From the NCBI GenBank assembly GCA_016788285.1, contig JAEUSW010000089.1:11211-75210 (forward strand): a DNA stretch of 64,000 bases, in the 5' to 3' direction. Of the stretch, positions 35,521-46,531 are shown piece after piece; the stretch's first letter is position 1; each line of letters begins with the position of its first letter. The notes below the pieces were generated by a model. That model was not told where the DNA came from. It saw only the letters and a list, made by a program, of their open reading frames with translations, and made no database searches. The stretch is from Flavobacteriales bacterium (lineage in GTDB: Bacteria > Bacteroidota > Bacteroidia > Flavobacteriales_F > PHOS-HE28). A program made the position numbers and the translations under genes.

Positions 35521-36126
35521 CTACTCTCCCTCCAACATCACCTCGAAGTCCACCACGCATTGGCGCGTGCGGTCCAGGTCGTCCGCATCACCGATGCAGG
35601 TGAACAGGGGGGTGTACTGCGGATGCGCCGCACGGAACCTCCCGCTCGCCGACCGCTCATCGCCTTCGCGGAACACCGCTGGCACGATCGGGCCCTCCAG
35701 GTCCTTGCTCACGTACGACCGATGGCCCTGGCCTTCGGCGAACATGACCTGTTCCAGCCGCTCGTGCTGCATGCGCAGGTGGGCGTGCCCGTTCTCGTAG
35801 TAGCAGATGCCCCCGTGCGTCCACAACCGCACCGGGGCGTGGCGCTCTTCGGGGTTGATGCGGTAGACCACATCGCCGTAGCTGAAGCCCCAGAGCGTGG
35901 AGCACGCCACCTCGCGCCGTGCACCGTCCTTTTCCACCGTGAGCCGGTGGCCCCGCCCGGCAGGCACGAGCTCCACGAAGCTGCCCACCGGCTCGCCCGC
36001 GCGGGTGCGGTAGGCGTCCGCGGAAGGAAAGAGAACGACCTGCGCCTGCACGATGCCGGCGAGGACCATGAGGATGGTCGGCAGCAGGGCGCGCATGCCC
36101 CACGAACGCAGTGGGCTCCAGGTCAT
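35521..36126 (-). CDS. Hypothetical secreted protein
   Basis: 201-aa track ORF. A more canonical signal peptide (MRALLPTILMVLAGIVQAQ) starts at the alternative ATG at 36096. Confidence 0.55.
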   Translation of the reverse strand: MTWSPLRSWGMRALLPTILMVLAGIVQAQVVLFPSADAYRTRAGEPVGSFVELVPAGRGHRLTVEKDGARREVACSTLWGFSYGDVVYRINPEERHAPVRLWTHGGICYYENGHAHLRMQHERLEQVMFAEGQGHRSYVSKDLEGPIVPAVFREGDERSASGRFRAAHPQYTPLFTCIGDADDLDRTRQCVVDFEVMLEGE

Positions 36127-36209
36127 GACCCCGGAAAAGTAGGGTCCAGCTCAGCGCCGCCGACCCCGCAGGGCGGGGATGGATGAACATGCCGTGGTGG
36201 GAGGGCACC

Positions 36210-36884
36210 TCAGGGAGCACCGCCCACGCACACCACGAACTCGCCACGCGGCGCGTGCGCGCTGAAGTGCGCCTGCAGCTGTGCGACATTGCCACGGACG
36301 TGCTCCTCGTGCAGCTTGCTGATCTCGCGGCTGGCGCAAGCGGGACGATCCGGGCCCAGCACCCCGGCCAGTTCGTCGAGCAGCCGCATCAGCCGGTGGG
36401 GGCTCTCGTACAGCACGATGGTGCGTGGTTCGTCACGCAGCGCCTCCAGGCGGGTGCGCCGTCCCTTCTTCTGGGGCAGGAAGCCCTCGAACACGAAGCG
36501 CTCGCACGGCAGGCCGCTGCACACCAGCGCGGGAACGAAGGCCGTGGCGCCGGGCAGGCACTCCACGGGGATGTCGGCACGAAGGGCCGCCCGCACCAGC
36601 AGGTAACCCGGATCGCTGATGCCCGGCGTACCGGCATCGCTCACCAACGCCAAGTGCTCGCCCCGTTCTAGCCGTGCGATGAGCTGCTCCACCATGCGGT
36701 GCTCATTCACGGTATGGAAGCTGAGGAGCGGTCGCGCGATGCCCAGGTGTTGCAGCAATCGGCCGCTCACCCGGGTATCCTCGGCCACCACCGCGTCCGC
36801 CTCCGCCAACACACGCTGGGCGCGGAGGGTGATGTCCTCCAGGTTGCCGATGGGGGTCGGCACCACGGTCAATCGGCCGCTCAC
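36210..36884 (-). CDS. rsmI: 16S rRNA (cytidine1402-2'-O)-methyltransferase
   Basis: LTVVPTPIGNLEDITLRA...VSDAGTPGISDPG...YESPHR; 224 aa. Confidence 0.9.
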   Translation of the reverse strand: MSGRLTVVPTPIGNLEDITLRAQRVLAEADAVVAEDTRVSGRLLQHLGIARPLLSFHTVNEHRMVEQLIARLERGEHLALVSDAGTPGISDPGYLLVRAALRADIPVECLPGATAFVPALVCSGLPCERFVFEGFLPQKKGRRTRLEALRDEPRTIVLYESPHRLMRLLDELAGVLGPDRPACASREISKLHEEHVRGNVAQLQAHFSAHAPRGEFVVCVGGAP

Positions 36885-38146
36885 TTCAACCCGTTGATGA
36901 GGTCCACCAAGGTGAGGTACACATCGTGATACTCGGTGAGCGGCAGCGTCTCCGCATGGTCGAACACGTCGTGGTAGGCTGCGATGCCGCCCAGGGTGTA
37001 GATGAAGATGGCCGGCACGCCGCGCTTCACGAACGGGCAGTGGTCGCTGTTGCAGGCCGGTCCGCGCGGCTTCACCTGCGCCAGACGGCCGGTGGCGGTG
37101 TTGCCCGCCACCATCCGATCGAAGACCTCCTGGTGCGCCGTGGCGTTCACGACGGTGATCCCTTCCTCACCGGTGCCCAGGAGGTCGAGGTTGATCAGCA
37201 GCTTCACGGCCCCGAGGTCGAACGCACGGTCCACCGCGCACCACTCGCTGCCCACCAGACCGGCCTCCTCCCCGGCGAACGCGATGAAGAGCACATCGCA
37301 CCACGGCTTCTCCTGTGCGTACCGCGCGGCCAGATTGAGCAGCATGCTCACCCCGCTGGCGTTGTCGTTGGCACCGGGGAAGAGGACGTCGGGCCCCATC
37401 CGGCCCAGGTGATCGTAGTGGGCCGAAACCACCACCAGTTCCTTGCTGCTCCGACCCTTCACCAGGCCCCACACGTTGCGCGCGTCGTGCTTCCGCATGC
37501 GGTTGGCCACATGAAGGTCGATGGTCGCGGCGCTGTCGTTCCACACCTCGGCCCGGAGCTCCAGCAGCGGAAAGCGCGCGGCCTGCTGGGAGACGCCCCA
37601 CGTGAGCTTGCCGGCCGACCTGCGCAGCACTGGCCCGTAATGGAGCAGTTCATCCTGGACACTGCGCACCAAGGCCAGGGAATCGGCGCTGCGCACCACG
37701 GGCAGATGCAGGGCGATGGCCCGGCCGGCGACCACGCCCATGGTCATGGCCCTTCGTTCCGGTGTGGCCAGGTCGCTGAGCGTGAGGTGCACCACCTCGT
37801 AGCGGCCTTTGGCACTGCCCGAGGCGGGGTCGACCAGGAAATCGAGGCCGGCCCGCAGGGGTGCTCCGTCCACGGCGAGCTTCACACTGTCCGGAAAGGT
37901 GTTCACCGTGAAGCTGAAGGGCTCGAACCGGCTGTCGCGGACCCGGAGCAGGCCCAGGCGGTCGAACTCGGCGGCGATGAGCTCGGCGGCGAGGCTGTCG
38001 CCGCCGTTCACATAGCCCCGGCCGTGCAGCGCAGGCGACGCGAGGGTGTCCACCCACCGGCGGGCATTGGCGAGCACGGTGGCGGCGTCCTGTGCGGCAG
38101 CGGGCAGGGCCGCGAGCGCCAGGAGGGGAAGATGGAGGATTCGCAT
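36881..38146 (-). CDS. M28-family metallopeptidase
   Basis: Signal peptide. VVVSAHYDHLG....PGANDNASGVSMLL...FIAFAGEEAGLVGS carries the Zn ligands; 421 aa. Confidence 0.85.
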   Translation of the reverse strand: MRILHLPLLALAALPAAAQDAATVLANARRWVDTLASPALHGRGYVNGGDSLAAELIAAEFDRLGLLRVRDSRFEPFSFTVNTFPDSVKLAVDGAPLRAGLDFLVDPASGSAKGRYEVVHLTLSDLATPERRAMTMGVVAGRAIALHLPVVRSADSLALVRSVQDELLHYGPVLRRSAGKLTWGVSQQAARFPLLELRAEVWNDSAATIDLHVANRMRKHDARNVWGLVKGRSSKELVVVSAHYDHLGRMGPDVLFPGANDNASGVSMLLNLAARYAQEKPWCDVLFIAFAGEEAGLVGSEWCAVDRAFDLGAVKLLINLDLLGTGEEGITVVNATAHQEVFDRMVAGNTATGRLAQVKPRGPACNSDHCPFVKRGVPAIFIYTLGGIAAYHDVFDHAETLPLTEYHDVYLTLVDLINGLK

Positions 38147-38835
38147 CAGCGGTGTCGACGTTCCACGAGGTCCAGGAAGGCCTGCAACGCCTCGGGGTCC
38201 GGGGCCTTCTTTAACCGGGTGAGCTGCTCCTCCACCAAGCGACGGGCCTCATCACCCCCGGACGCGGCGTTGATGGCCTCGACGCCCTGCTCAAAGGCCA
38301 CGCGGTCGCCCCCGAACAGCTCCGCCACGAACCAGAACTTCTGGCTCAGGGCGATGGCCTTGCCCAGATCGGGGATGGGGGCCTGGCCCAGCTTGTCGGC
38401 CACGCTCTTGGGACGGTCGGACGCTGCTTTCGCGGGCTTCTGGCCGCGGGGCAGTGCGGGGGTCGCTTCCGTTTCGGCGATGGCGTCGATCAGGGAGGTC
38501 TGCCGGATCTCCGCGCGCGTGTCCAAGCGGATCACCGGGGTGGCGAGTGGCTCGGGCGTCCTCGGTGCCGGGTCCTCCTTGGGCGCGGGGGCGGGCACCA
38601 CGGCCGGCGGCTCGGCCGCCAACGCCAGCGATGCGGCCGGCGGTTGGGGTCGCTCACCCTCGCGGGCCTTGTGGCGCAGCACCACCAGGCGCTCATACAG
38701 CTCCCGCGCATCGTCACAGGCCTGCTCCAGGCCCGGCACGTTCAAGCTCCCCTGCTCCAAGTCGCGCTCAGCCTCGGTCAGGGCCTTCACCAGGTCCTGG
38801 ATCCGCTTGTACCGCTTGTCATCCACCTTCTGCAT
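38146..38835 (-). CDS. Hypothetical protein with Pro/Ala-rich central linker
   Basis: The start at 38835 (MQKVDDKRYKRI...) lies within track ORF 38146..38919. It overlaps the M28 start by 1 nt. Confidence 0.6.
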   Translation of the reverse strand: MQKVDDKRYKRIQDLVKALTEAERDLEQGSLNVPGLEQACDDARELYERLVVLRHKAREGERPQPPAASLALAAEPPAVVPAPAPKEDPAPRTPEPLATPVIRLDTRAEIRQTSLIDAIAETEATPALPRGQKPAKAASDRPKSVADKLGQAPIPDLGKAIALSQKFWFVAELFGGDRVAFEQGVEAINAASGGDEARRLVEEQLTRLKKAPDPEALQAFLDLVERRHR

Positions 38836-38861
38836 GGCCCTAGGTCCAACGCGAAGATGCC

Positions 38862-38869
38862 TATTTTCG
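38862..38869 (+). promoter_or_regulatory. Candidate -7 box TATTTTCG (one mismatch) for tdk
   Basis: 49 nt upstream of the ATG at 38919. Confidence 0.3.
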
Positions 38870-38918
38870 TGCCGGGGTGCAAACCCGTATGCGCCCCGTC
38901 CCCCTAGGCCCCGCCGCA

Positions 38919-39533
38919 ATGTTCCTGGAGCGCGTCCGCAGCCAAGCCCCCGGCAAGGGCTGGATCGAGGTGATCTGCGGATCGATGTTCAGCGGCAAGA
39001 CCGAGGAGCTGATCCGGCGCCTGCGCCGCGCCGAATTCGCCCGCCAGAAGGTGGAGATCTTCAAACCCAGCGTGGACACGCGCTATGCCGATACGGAGGT
39101 AGTGAGCCACGACGCCACCAGCATCCGGAGCACCCCGGTGCCCAACAGCAGCAACCTGCTCCTGCTGGCCGCCGACATCAACGTGGTGGGCATCGACGAG
39201 GCCCAGTTCTTCGACGAGGGCCTTCCACAGGTGTGCGCCCAGCTGGCCAACAGCGGTGTACGCGTGATCGCCGCCGGGCTGGACATGGACTTCCAAGGAC
39301 GGCCGTTCGGCCCCATGCCCCACCTGATGGCCATCGCCGAACACGTCTCGAAGGTGCATGCCATCTGCGTGCACTGCGGACAGCTGGCCACCTTCAGCCA
39401 TCGTACGCACGCCAGCACCGACCTCATCCACCTCGGGGAGACCGACAGCTACGTGCCCTTGTGCCGCGGCTGCTTCGAGGCGGCCCGCCTGGACCAGGAC
39501 GCTCCGGCCCGCCACGCGGCCGCCCGCCGATGA
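38919..39533 (+). CDS. tdk: Thymidine kinase
   Basis: MFLE......[28 protein letters not shown], and Zn ribbon CVHCG...CRGC; 204 aa. Confidence 0.92.
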   Translation: MFLERVRSQAPGKGWIEVICGSMFSGKTEELIRRLRRAEFARQKVEIFKPSVDTRYADTEVVSHDATSIRSTPVPNSSNLLLLAADINVVGIDEAQFFDEGLPQVCAQLANSGVRVIAAGLDMDFQGRPFGPMPHLMAIAEHVSKVHAICVHCGQLATFSHRTHASTDLIHLGETDSYVPLCRGCFEAARLDQDAPARHAAARR

Positions 39534-42001
39534 TGGGCCCGCATCGCCTGAGCCGCATCGCCGAGGCCGTGGGCGGGGTCCTGCACGCCCCGCTGGGCGA
39601 TGGACCCGTGACGGACCTGGTCCTGGATTCGCGCCGGCCGCACCTGCAGCCCGACACGCTGTTCGTGGCGCTCCGGGGCGAACGCCACGACGGGCATCGC
39701 TATCTGGCCGACCTGGTGGAGCGCGGTGTGCGACATGCGCTGGTGAGCACGCCTCCGGCCCCGGAGCTGCGCGAACGGCTGAACACCATCCTCGTGCCCG
39801 ACACCCTGGAGGCGCTGCACCGACTGGCGGCCTGGCATCGCGGACAGTTCCACGGGCCCGTGGTGGGCATCACCGGCAGCAACGGCAAGACGGTGGTGAA
39901 GGAGTGGATCGCGCACCTGCTGGGCCGGGAGGAGCACATCGCCCGCAGCCCCGGCAGTTGGAACAGCCAGGTGGGCGTGCCCCTGAGCGTGTGGGCGCTG
40001 CGCGAGGGGCACAGCCTCGGGGTGTTCGAGGCCGGCATCAGCCGTCCCGGTGAAATGGCCCATCTGCGACCCATCATCCGCCCCACCATCGGGGTGTTCA
40101 CCAGCCTGGGGCCCGCACACGGCGAGAACTTCGCCGATGACCGGGCCAAGGCCCTTGAGAAGCTCGAGCTCTTCCGCGATGCCCAGGTGCTCGTGTACCC
40201 GCAGGACATCACCACGCTGCATGCGGCGGTGAAGGAGCTCCATCTGGACCAGCATCTGCTCACGCGCACCTGGTCGCGGGAGGGATCGGCCTTCCTGCAC
40301 CTGCTCAGGGAGGAGCGCGTGGAGGGCGGGGTCCGGCTCACGGTCGCCCACGGCGCCGAGGTCTTCGCCGTGCAGCTGCCCTTCGACGACCATGCGAGCG
40401 TGGCCAACGCCATGACCTGCATGACCCTGCTGCTGCACCTGGGCCGCACCCCGGCCTGGCTGCAGGAACGGCTGCCGTTGTTGCATCCGGTGGCCATGCG
40501 CCTGGAACTGCTGGACGGCGTCAACGGCAGCCTGCTGATCAACGATGCGTACAGCAACGACACGGCCTCGTTGGCCATCGCCCTGGACCACCTCTCCGCG
40601 CACGCCACCGACCGGGAACGGATCGTGGTGCTGGGCGACATCCACGAGAGCGGCGAAGCGCCCGCAGGTCTTTACGACCGGGTGGCCGGTCTGCTGCAGC
40701 GGGCCCGGGTGGAGCGTGTGCTCGGAGTGGGGCCCCAGCTCACCGCCCATGCCGCGCGGTTCGGGCCGCAGGCCCGCTTCTTCCCCGACGCGGACGCCTT
40801 GCTGCGCGAGGTGCCCACGGATGCCCTGCGCGATGCCGCCGTGCTGGTGAAGGGTGCCCGCAGCCTGGGCCTGGAGCGCGTGGTGGAGCGCTGGCAACGG
40901 CAGGTGCACGGCACGGTGCTGGAGATCGACCTGGAGGCCGTGCGGCACAACCTCAACCACTTCCGCGGTCTGCTGCGGCCCGGCACGGGCGTGCTGGCCA
41001 TGGTGAAGGCCTTCGGCTACGGCAGCGGCGCCACCGAGCTGGCCCGCCTGTTCGCCTACGAGCGGGTGGACATGCTGGGCGTGGCCTACGCCGACGAGGG
41101 CATCGCCCTGCGCCAGGAAGGTGTCGCCCTGCCCATCCTGGTGATGAACCCAGAGCCCGTGCCCCAGGAGGTGCTGCACCGCTTCCGCCTGGAGCCCGTG
41201 GTGTACGACCTGCGCTCGCTGCACGCGGCCATCGACCATGCCCGGTCGCATACCGACGCCCCCGCGGTGCACCTGAAGATCGACACCGGCATGCACCGCC
41301 TGGGCTTCGACCCCGACCACTTGGGACCGGCGATCGACGCGCTCCGGCACGCTCCCTTCCTGCGGATAAGCACCGTGTTCAGCCATTTCGCCGCCAGCGA
41401 GGACCCCGCCCACGATGCCTTCACCCGCGACCAACTGGCCCGCTTCACCACCGCCGCCGACCGGGTGGAGGCCGTGCTGAAACAGCGGCCGAAGCGCCAC
41501 ATCGCCAACTCGGCCGGCATCAGCCGCTTCCCGGAGGCCCACCTGGACCTGGTGCGGCCCGGCATCGGCCTGCACGGCGTGGGCTTCGACGCCGGCGAGA
41601 GCGCCAAGCTCCGGCCCGCGGCGCGCCTGCTCACCACCATCGCCCAGGTGAAGGAGCTGAAGGCCGGGGACAGCGTGGGATACGGTCGCCGCCACCGGGT
41701 GCAGGCCCCCCAGCGCATCGCCGTGCTGCCGATCGGCTATGCCGACGGCCTGTTCCGCAGCCTGGGCCACGGTGTGGGCCATGTGCGCATCCACGGGCGA
41801 CCCGCACCGTTCGTGGGCGGCATCTGCATGGACATGTGCATGGTGGACGTCACCGCCATCGCCTGCCAACCCGGCGACCCGGTGACGGTGTTCGGTCCGG
41901 AACGGCCGCTGGCGGACCATGCGCGGGACATGGGCACCATTCCGTACGAAGCGCTGACCGCCGTGAGCCAGCGGGTGAAGCGGGTGTTCGTGCACGGATA
42001 G
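39530..42001 (+). CDS. Bifunctional UDP-N-acetylmuramoyl-tripeptide--D-alanyl-D-alanine ligase (MurF) / alanine racemase (Alr) fusion
   Basis: 823 aa starting MM at 39530 (ATGATG overlap with the tdk stop). The MurF part has ITGSNGKT. The Alr part has [10 protein letters not shown] (PLP lysine) and ...[14 protein letters not shown]. The track ORF 36926..42001 extends antisense through three other genes. Confidence 0.9.
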   Translation: MMGPHRLSRIAEAVGGVLHAPLGDGPVTDLVLDSRRPHLQPDTLFVALRGERHDGHRYLADLVERGVRHALVSTPPAPELRERLNTILVPDTLEALHRLAAWHRGQFHGPVVGITGSNGKTVVKEWIAHLLGREEHIARSPGSWNSQVGVPLSVWALREGHSLGVFEAGISRPGEMAHLRPIIRPTIGVFTSLGPAHGENFADDRAKALEKLELFRDAQVLVYPQDITTLHAAVKELHLDQHLLTRTWSREGSAFLHLLREERVEGGVRLTVAHGAEVFAVQLPFDDHASVANAMTCMTLLLHLGRTPAWLQERLPLLHPVAMRLELLDGVNGSLLINDAYSNDTASLAIALDHLSAHATDRERIVVLGDIHESGEAPAGLYDRVAGLLQRARVERVLGVGPQLTAHAARFGPQARFFPDADALLREVPTDALRDAAVLVKGARSLGLERVVERWQRQVHGTVLEIDLEAVRHNLNHFRGLLRPGTGVLAMVKAFGYGSGATELARLFAYERVDMLGVAYADEGIALRQEGVALPILVMNPEPVPQEVLHRFRLEPVVYDLRSLHAAIDHARSHTDAPAVHLKIDTGMHRLGFDPDHLGPAIDALRHAPFLRISTVFSHFAASEDPAHDAFTRDQLARFTTAADRVEAVLKQRPKRHIANSAGISRFPEAHLDLVRPGIGLHGVGFDAGESAKLRPAARLLTTIAQVKELKAGDSVGYGRRHRVQAPQRIAVLPIGYADGLFRSLGHGVGHVRIHGRPAPFVGGICMDMCMVDVTAIACQPGDPVTVFGPERPLADHARDMGTIPYEALTAVSQRVKRVFVHG

Positions 42002-42109
42002 GCGCAGGCTTCCAAGGTCAGGGCGCAGCCGGTCCGATCCCCAGGCAGCCCATCGGTGTTGTTCAGGCGTCCTTCGGGTACATTCGCGGCCCGGAACCAC
42101 GCCCCTGAC

Positions 42110-44743
42110 ATGAAGAACCTGTTCCTCACCCTCGCCACGGCCCTCTCGATCCCCGCCCTGCTGCCGGCGCAGGACCAGCAGCCCGCCTACCTCCCCGGCG
42201 ATGTGCTCGTGATGCTCCAGCCCGGGGCCGATGCGGCCTCCATCGCCAACGACCTGCGCGTGGTGGACGGTCTTCCCACCGGCCTGCGCGTGGTGGAGGA
42301 GGTGAGCGCTCCGCTGCGCACCTGGATGCTGCACTACGATCAGCCCGCCCTGCCCCAGCCCGTGATGCTCCGCGCCGTGCAGCGCCATCGTGCGACCCTG
42401 CTGGCCCAGAACAACCATGTGGTGACCGATCGCGTGGTGCCCAACGATCCACAATTCGGGCAGCAGTGGCACCATGTGAACCCCAACGATGCCGACATCG
42501 ACAGCGACCTGGCCTGGGACATCACCACCGGCGGGGTGACCGCCGCGGGCGACACGATCGTGGTCTGCATCATCGAGAACGCCGACCTGCCCCACCCCGA
42601 CCTGATCGGCAACGCCTGGTTCAACCACCTGGAGATCCCCAATGACGGCCTTGACAACGATGCCAACGGGTACGTGGACGACCACCGTGGATGGAACCCC
42701 AGCGGCAACAACGACAACGTGTACGGCGGGGGCCACGGCACCCAGGTGGCCGGCATGATCGGGGCCAAGGGCAACAACAACACCTCCGTGAGCGGCGCCA
42801 ACTGGAACGTGGAGATGATGGTGGTGACCCGGCAGGGGGTGAGCGAGGCCCAAGTGCTGGCGAGCTACACCTATCCCCTGGTGATGCGCCGCCTGTACAA
42901 CCAGACCGGTGGCAACAAAGGAGCCTTCGTGGTGGCCACCAACGCCAGCTGGGGCATCGACTTCGGTGACCCCGCCGACGCGCCCCTCTGGTGCGCCATG
43001 TACGACACGCTTGGTACGGCCGGCGTGCTGAACTGCGGCGCCACGGCCAACCAGAACATCAACATCGACGTGGAGGGCGACCTGCCCACGGCCTGCCCCA
43101 GCCCCTTCATGGTGAGCGTCACCGCCACGAACAACAACGACCTGCGCACCTTCAGCGGCTTCGGTGCCACCACCATCGATGTGGGGGCGCCGGGCGAGAA
43201 CGTGGTGACCACCAGCATCGGTGGTGGAACGGGAAGCACCAGTGGCACGAGCTTCGCCAGCCCCCTCACGGCCGGGGTCATCGCCCTCTTGTACAGCGCG
43301 CCCTGCGCCACGCTCGGCGCCCTGGCCCAGGCCGATCCCGTGGCCGCCGCCCTCTACGTGCGCGACAAGCTCTTCGAAGGTGTGGACCAGGTGGGCAACC
43401 TGCCGGGCAACACCGTCACCGGCGGCCGCATCAACGCTTTCAACAGCCTGCAGGCCATCATGGCCGGTTGCGGCCCCTGCCCACCGCCCTACGACCTCAA
43501 CGCCGAGAACGTCGCCATCGGTGATGTGATGTTCTCCTGGGGCAGCACCGCCAGCGGCCCCTTCACCGTGCAGTACCGCCCGGTGGGCAGCAGCACCTGG
43601 ACCACCCAGGCCGGATTGATCAACCTGGCGTTCATGGCCTCCGGGCTCACTCCCTGCACGCCGTACGAATTCCAGGTGATCGCCGAGTGCGATACGCTGA
43701 CCAGCGACCCGAGCGCCCTGTTCACCTGGACCACCGAGGGCTGCTGCGCTCCGCCGGACGGCCTTGGTGCGGGCTTCGCGGGGGACAACGTCGCCAACGT
43801 GTTCTGGACCGCCGTGCTGGCCGCGTCGTCCTATGAGGTGGAGGTCAGCCCCGCCGGCGCGGGCAACTGGACCAGCACCACGGGCATCACCGCCACCAGC
43901 TTCGAGATCGTTGGACTGACGCCCTGCTCGGCCTACGATGTGCGCGTCCGGTCCGTGTGCAACGGGACCCCCACCGCCTGGAGCGCCACCATCACCGTGC
44001 AGACCTCCGGATGCGGGTCCTGTTTGGACAACACCTACTGCCCCTCCGAAAGCGCTGATGCCAGCGAGGAATGGATCGCGAACGTCACCCTCGGCACCAT
44101 CAACCACACCACCGGCACCGACGGAGGCTACGGCGACCACACCGCGCAGTCCACTGCGCTGAACCTGGGCGCCAGCTACCCCATCTCCCTCACCCCGGGC
44201 TATGGTGGTTTCACCTACGACGAGTACTTCACGGTGTGGATCGACCTGGACCAGGACGGCGACTTCACCACCACCGGAGAACTGGTGTACAGCTCCCCGG
44301 TGGCGAACGGGACCGTGAGCGGCACCATCAGCATTCCCGCCTGGGCCAGCATCGGCAGCACCCGGATGCGGGTGATCATGGTGTACGACCAGGCCGCCTC
44401 CTCCGGCTGTGAGGACGGGTATGACTTCGGCGAGACCGAGGACTATTGCGTCACCGTGGTGGATCCGAACACCGGCATCGCGGAGCTCTCCGGCGGTGCG
44501 ATGGTGCAGCACTTCCCCGACCCCGCGGACCGGGATGTCTTCTTCAATGTGTACGGCGCCATCGGGCAGGGCCCCGTGACGATCGAGCTGCTCGACAATG
44601 CGGGACAGGTGGTGGAACGCCGAAGCTCCACGAACGGTCGCATCACGCTCACCACCGCCTGGCTGGCCGACGGTCTCTATTTCTATCGGGCCGTGCAGGA
44701 CGGGCGTGAGCTCGGCCGCGGCAAGCTGATGGTGGCCCACTGA
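42110..44743 (+). CDS. S8-family (subtilisin-like) serine peptidase with FN3-like and GEVED-like modules and a T9SS type-A C-terminal sorting domain
   Basis: Signal peptide MKNLFLTLATALSIPALLPAQ. His box GHGTQVAGMIGA and Ser box GTSFASPLTAGVIALL. The GEVED-like segment ends ...DFGETEDYCVTV. The C-terminal tail reads VQHFPDPADRDVFFNV...GLYFYRAV.DGRELGRGKLMVAH; 877 aa. Confidence 0.88.
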   Translation: MKNLFLTLATALSIPALLPAQDQQPAYLPGDVLVMLQPGADAASIANDLRVVDGLPTGLRVVEEVSAPLRTWMLHYDQPALPQPVMLRAVQRHRATLLAQNNHVVTDRVVPNDPQFGQQWHHVNPNDADIDSDLAWDITTGGVTAAGDTIVVCIIENADLPHPDLIGNAWFNHLEIPNDGLDNDANGYVDDHRGWNPSGNNDNVYGGGHGTQVAGMIGAKGNNNTSVSGANWNVEMMVVTRQGVSEAQVLASYTYPLVMRRLYNQTGGNKGAFVVATNASWGIDFGDPADAPLWCAMYDTLGTAGVLNCGATANQNINIDVEGDLPTACPSPFMVSVTATNNNDLRTFSGFGATTIDVGAPGENVVTTSIGGGTGSTSGTSFASPLTAGVIALLYSAPCATLGALAQADPVAAALYVRDKLFEGVDQVGNLPGNTVTGGRINAFNSLQAIMAGCGPCPPPYDLNAENVAIGDVMFSWGSTASGPFTVQYRPVGSSTWTTQAGLINLAFMASGLTPCTPYEFQVIAECDTLTSDPSALFTWTTEGCCAPPDGLGAGFAGDNVANVFWTAVLAASSYEVEVSPAGAGNWTSTTGITATSFEIVGLTPCSAYDVRVRSVCNGTPTAWSATITVQTSGCGSCLDNTYCPSESADASEEWIANVTLGTINHTTGTDGGYGDHTAQSTALNLGASYPISLTPGYGGFTYDEYFTVWIDLDQDGDFTTTGELVYSSPVANGTVSGTISIPAWASIGSTRMRVIMVYDQAASSGCEDGYDFGETEDYCVTVVDPNTGIAELSGGAMVQHFPDPADRDVFFNVYGAIGQGPVTIELLDNAGQVVERRSSTNGRITLTTAWLADGLYFYRAVQDGRELGRGKLMVAH

Positions 44744-44781
44744 GCACCGGGCGCCCGGAACGGTCGGTTAACTTCCGCCCG

Positions 44782-45540
44782 ATGGGCATCTCGGCCGTCA
44801 TCATCACGCGCAACGAGGAAGCCAACATCGCCCGCTGCCTGACCGGCCTGGACGGTCTGGTGCAGGAAGTGGTGGTGGTGGACGCTGAAAGCACGGACGG
44901 CACCCGACGGATCGCCGAAGCGCATGGCGCCCGCGTGGTCACGCGCCGCTGGACCAACTACAGCGACCAGAAGAACTTCGCGAACGACCTGGCCACCCAC
45001 CCGCACATCCTGAGCGTGGACGCCGACGAAGTGCCCTCCCCCGAGCTGGCCCGGTCCATCCGCAACGCGCAGAAAAGCGGTCTGCACGGCGCCTACCGCA
45101 TGCATCGGCTCACCAACTACTGCGGCACCTGGGTGCGGCATGGCGGATGGTACCCCGATACCAAGACGAGGCTCTTCCCGAAAGGCGGGGCGCGCTGGAC
45201 CGGCGACCATGTGCACGAAGTGCTGGAGCTCGCCCCAGGAACATCCGTGCAGCTTCTCGAAGGTGACCTGCTTCACTACAGCTATCCTTCCCTCGAAGCC
45301 CACCGCGAGCGCATCGACCGGTACAGCGACCTGCACGCCCGGGCGCTGCACCGGTCGGGCCGGCGCGCAGGAGCGGTCAAGCGATGGTTGTCGCCCGTGG
45401 CCAAGTTCCTTCAAGGCTACGTGCTGCAGGCGGGTTTCCTGGATGGAAGGGCGGGCTGGCACATCGCCACCCTCAGCGCCCGCGCCGTGTGGCTGAAGTA
45501 CGCGAAGCTCCACGCCCTTCAGCATGAGGCCACCGCCTGA
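44782..45540 (+). CDS. Family 2 glycosyltransferase (LPS-core type)
   Basis: ISAVIITRNEEANIARCL...VVVDAESTDGT...SVDADE; 252 aa. Confidence 0.8.
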   Translation: MGISAVIITRNEEANIARCLTGLDGLVQEVVVVDAESTDGTRRIAEAHGARVVTRRWTNYSDQKNFANDLATHPHILSVDADEVPSPELARSIRNAQKSGLHGAYRMHRLTNYCGTWVRHGGWYPDTKTRLFPKGGARWTGDHVHEVLELAPGTSVQLLEGDLLHYSYPSLEAHRERIDRYSDLHARALHRSGRRAGAVKRWLSPVAKFLQGYVLQAGFLDGRAGWHIATLSARAVWLKYAKLHALQHEATA

Positions 45541-46531
45541 GCACATCGTCCTGAGCCGCCCGGACAGCATCGGCGACGTGATGCTCACCCTGCCCATGGC
45601 GGGCCTGCTCAAGGAACGGTTCCCCGGCGTGCGCATCACGTTCATCGGCCGCGGTTATACCGCGCCCGTGCTGCGGTGCTGCCACCATGTGGACCAGGTG
45701 CTGACCCTGGAGGACCTGATGGCCGGCGATGCGGTGCGCATGCTCTCCGCCCTGCGCGCGGATGCCCTGGTGCACGTGTTCCCCCATCGCTCCGTGGCCC
45801 GATGGGCCCAGGCCGCCGGGATCCCTGTCCGCATCGGGACGTCACACCGTTGGTGGCACTGGACCACGTGCACACATCGTGTGGCGTTCAGCCGACGCCG
45901 GAGCCCATTGCACGAAGCCCAGTTGAACACGATGCTGTTGCGTCCGCTCGGCCTGGAAGGTGTGCCCTCCCTGGCGCAGCTGAGCGAACGCACCGGCTTC
46001 CGCGCGCCGGCGCACGCGGTCCTTCCGGCCGACCTGGCCCCGGCCGCGGCGCGCACGGTGATCCTCCATCCCGGTTCGCAGGGCAGCGCGGTGGAATGGG
46101 GGCTGGACAACTTCGCTGCACTGATGCGCGGCCTGAACCGGCTCGGCATCCGCACGGTGGTCACCGGCACCGCCACCGAGGCCGACCGCTACCGTCCCCA
46201 TCTTCCGTGGAGCGACCCCCTGGCCATCGATGCCGGTGGTCGGCTGAGCCTGGAGCAGCTGGTGGCCCTCATCGGCAGCGCGGACGGACTGGTGGCGGCG
46301 AGCACAGGCCCGCTGCACATCGCTGCGGCGTGCGGCATCCGGGCCGTGGGCCTGTTCGCCCCACGCCGCCCGATCCATCCGGGACGTTGGGCCCCGATCG
46401 GCCGCGATGCCCATGCGCTGGTGTACGACCCGTCCTGCCCGACCTGCCGCGCCGGTCGCCCGTGCGACTGCATCACGCGGATCGCTCCGGAGCGTGTGGT
46501 GGCGCTGCTTGAAGGCCTGCCTGCGCGTTGA
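45524..46531 (+). CDS. Family 9 glycosyltransferase (heptosyltransferase-like)
   Basis: ILLSRPDSIGDVMLTLP-type N-terminus and a ...GPLHIAAA.G motif; 335 aa. Confidence 0.75.
   Translation: MRPPPEHIVLSRPDSIGDVMLTLPMAGLLKERFPGVRITFIGRGYTAPVLRCCHHVDQVLTLEDLMAGDAVRMLSALRADALVHVFPHRSVARWAQAAGIPVRIGTSHRWWHWTTCTHRVAFSRRRSPLHEAQLNTMLLRPLGLEGVPSLAQLSERTGFRAPAHAVLPADLAPAAARTVILHPGSQGSAVEWGLDNFAALMRGLNRLGIRTVVTGTATEADRYRPHLPWSDPLAIDAGGRLSLEQLVALIGSADGLVAASTGPLHIAAACGIRAVGLFAPRRPIHPGRWAPIGRDAHALVYDPSCPTCRAGRPCDCITRIAPERVVALLEGLPAR

Noticed and set aside
36926-39529. 5' two-thirds of the 1691-aa track ORF 36926..42001
   Set aside because: This part reads antisense through the M28 peptidase and the hypothetical gene, and out of frame through tdk. 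The recognisable MurF sequence begins at the MM start at 39530, which overlaps the tdk stop.
39449-44740. 1763-aa minus-strand ORF
   Set aside because: It is antisense to the murF-alr fusion and the S8 peptidase, both of which have unambiguous catalytic motifs. Its composition is Gly/Ala/His/Arg junk.
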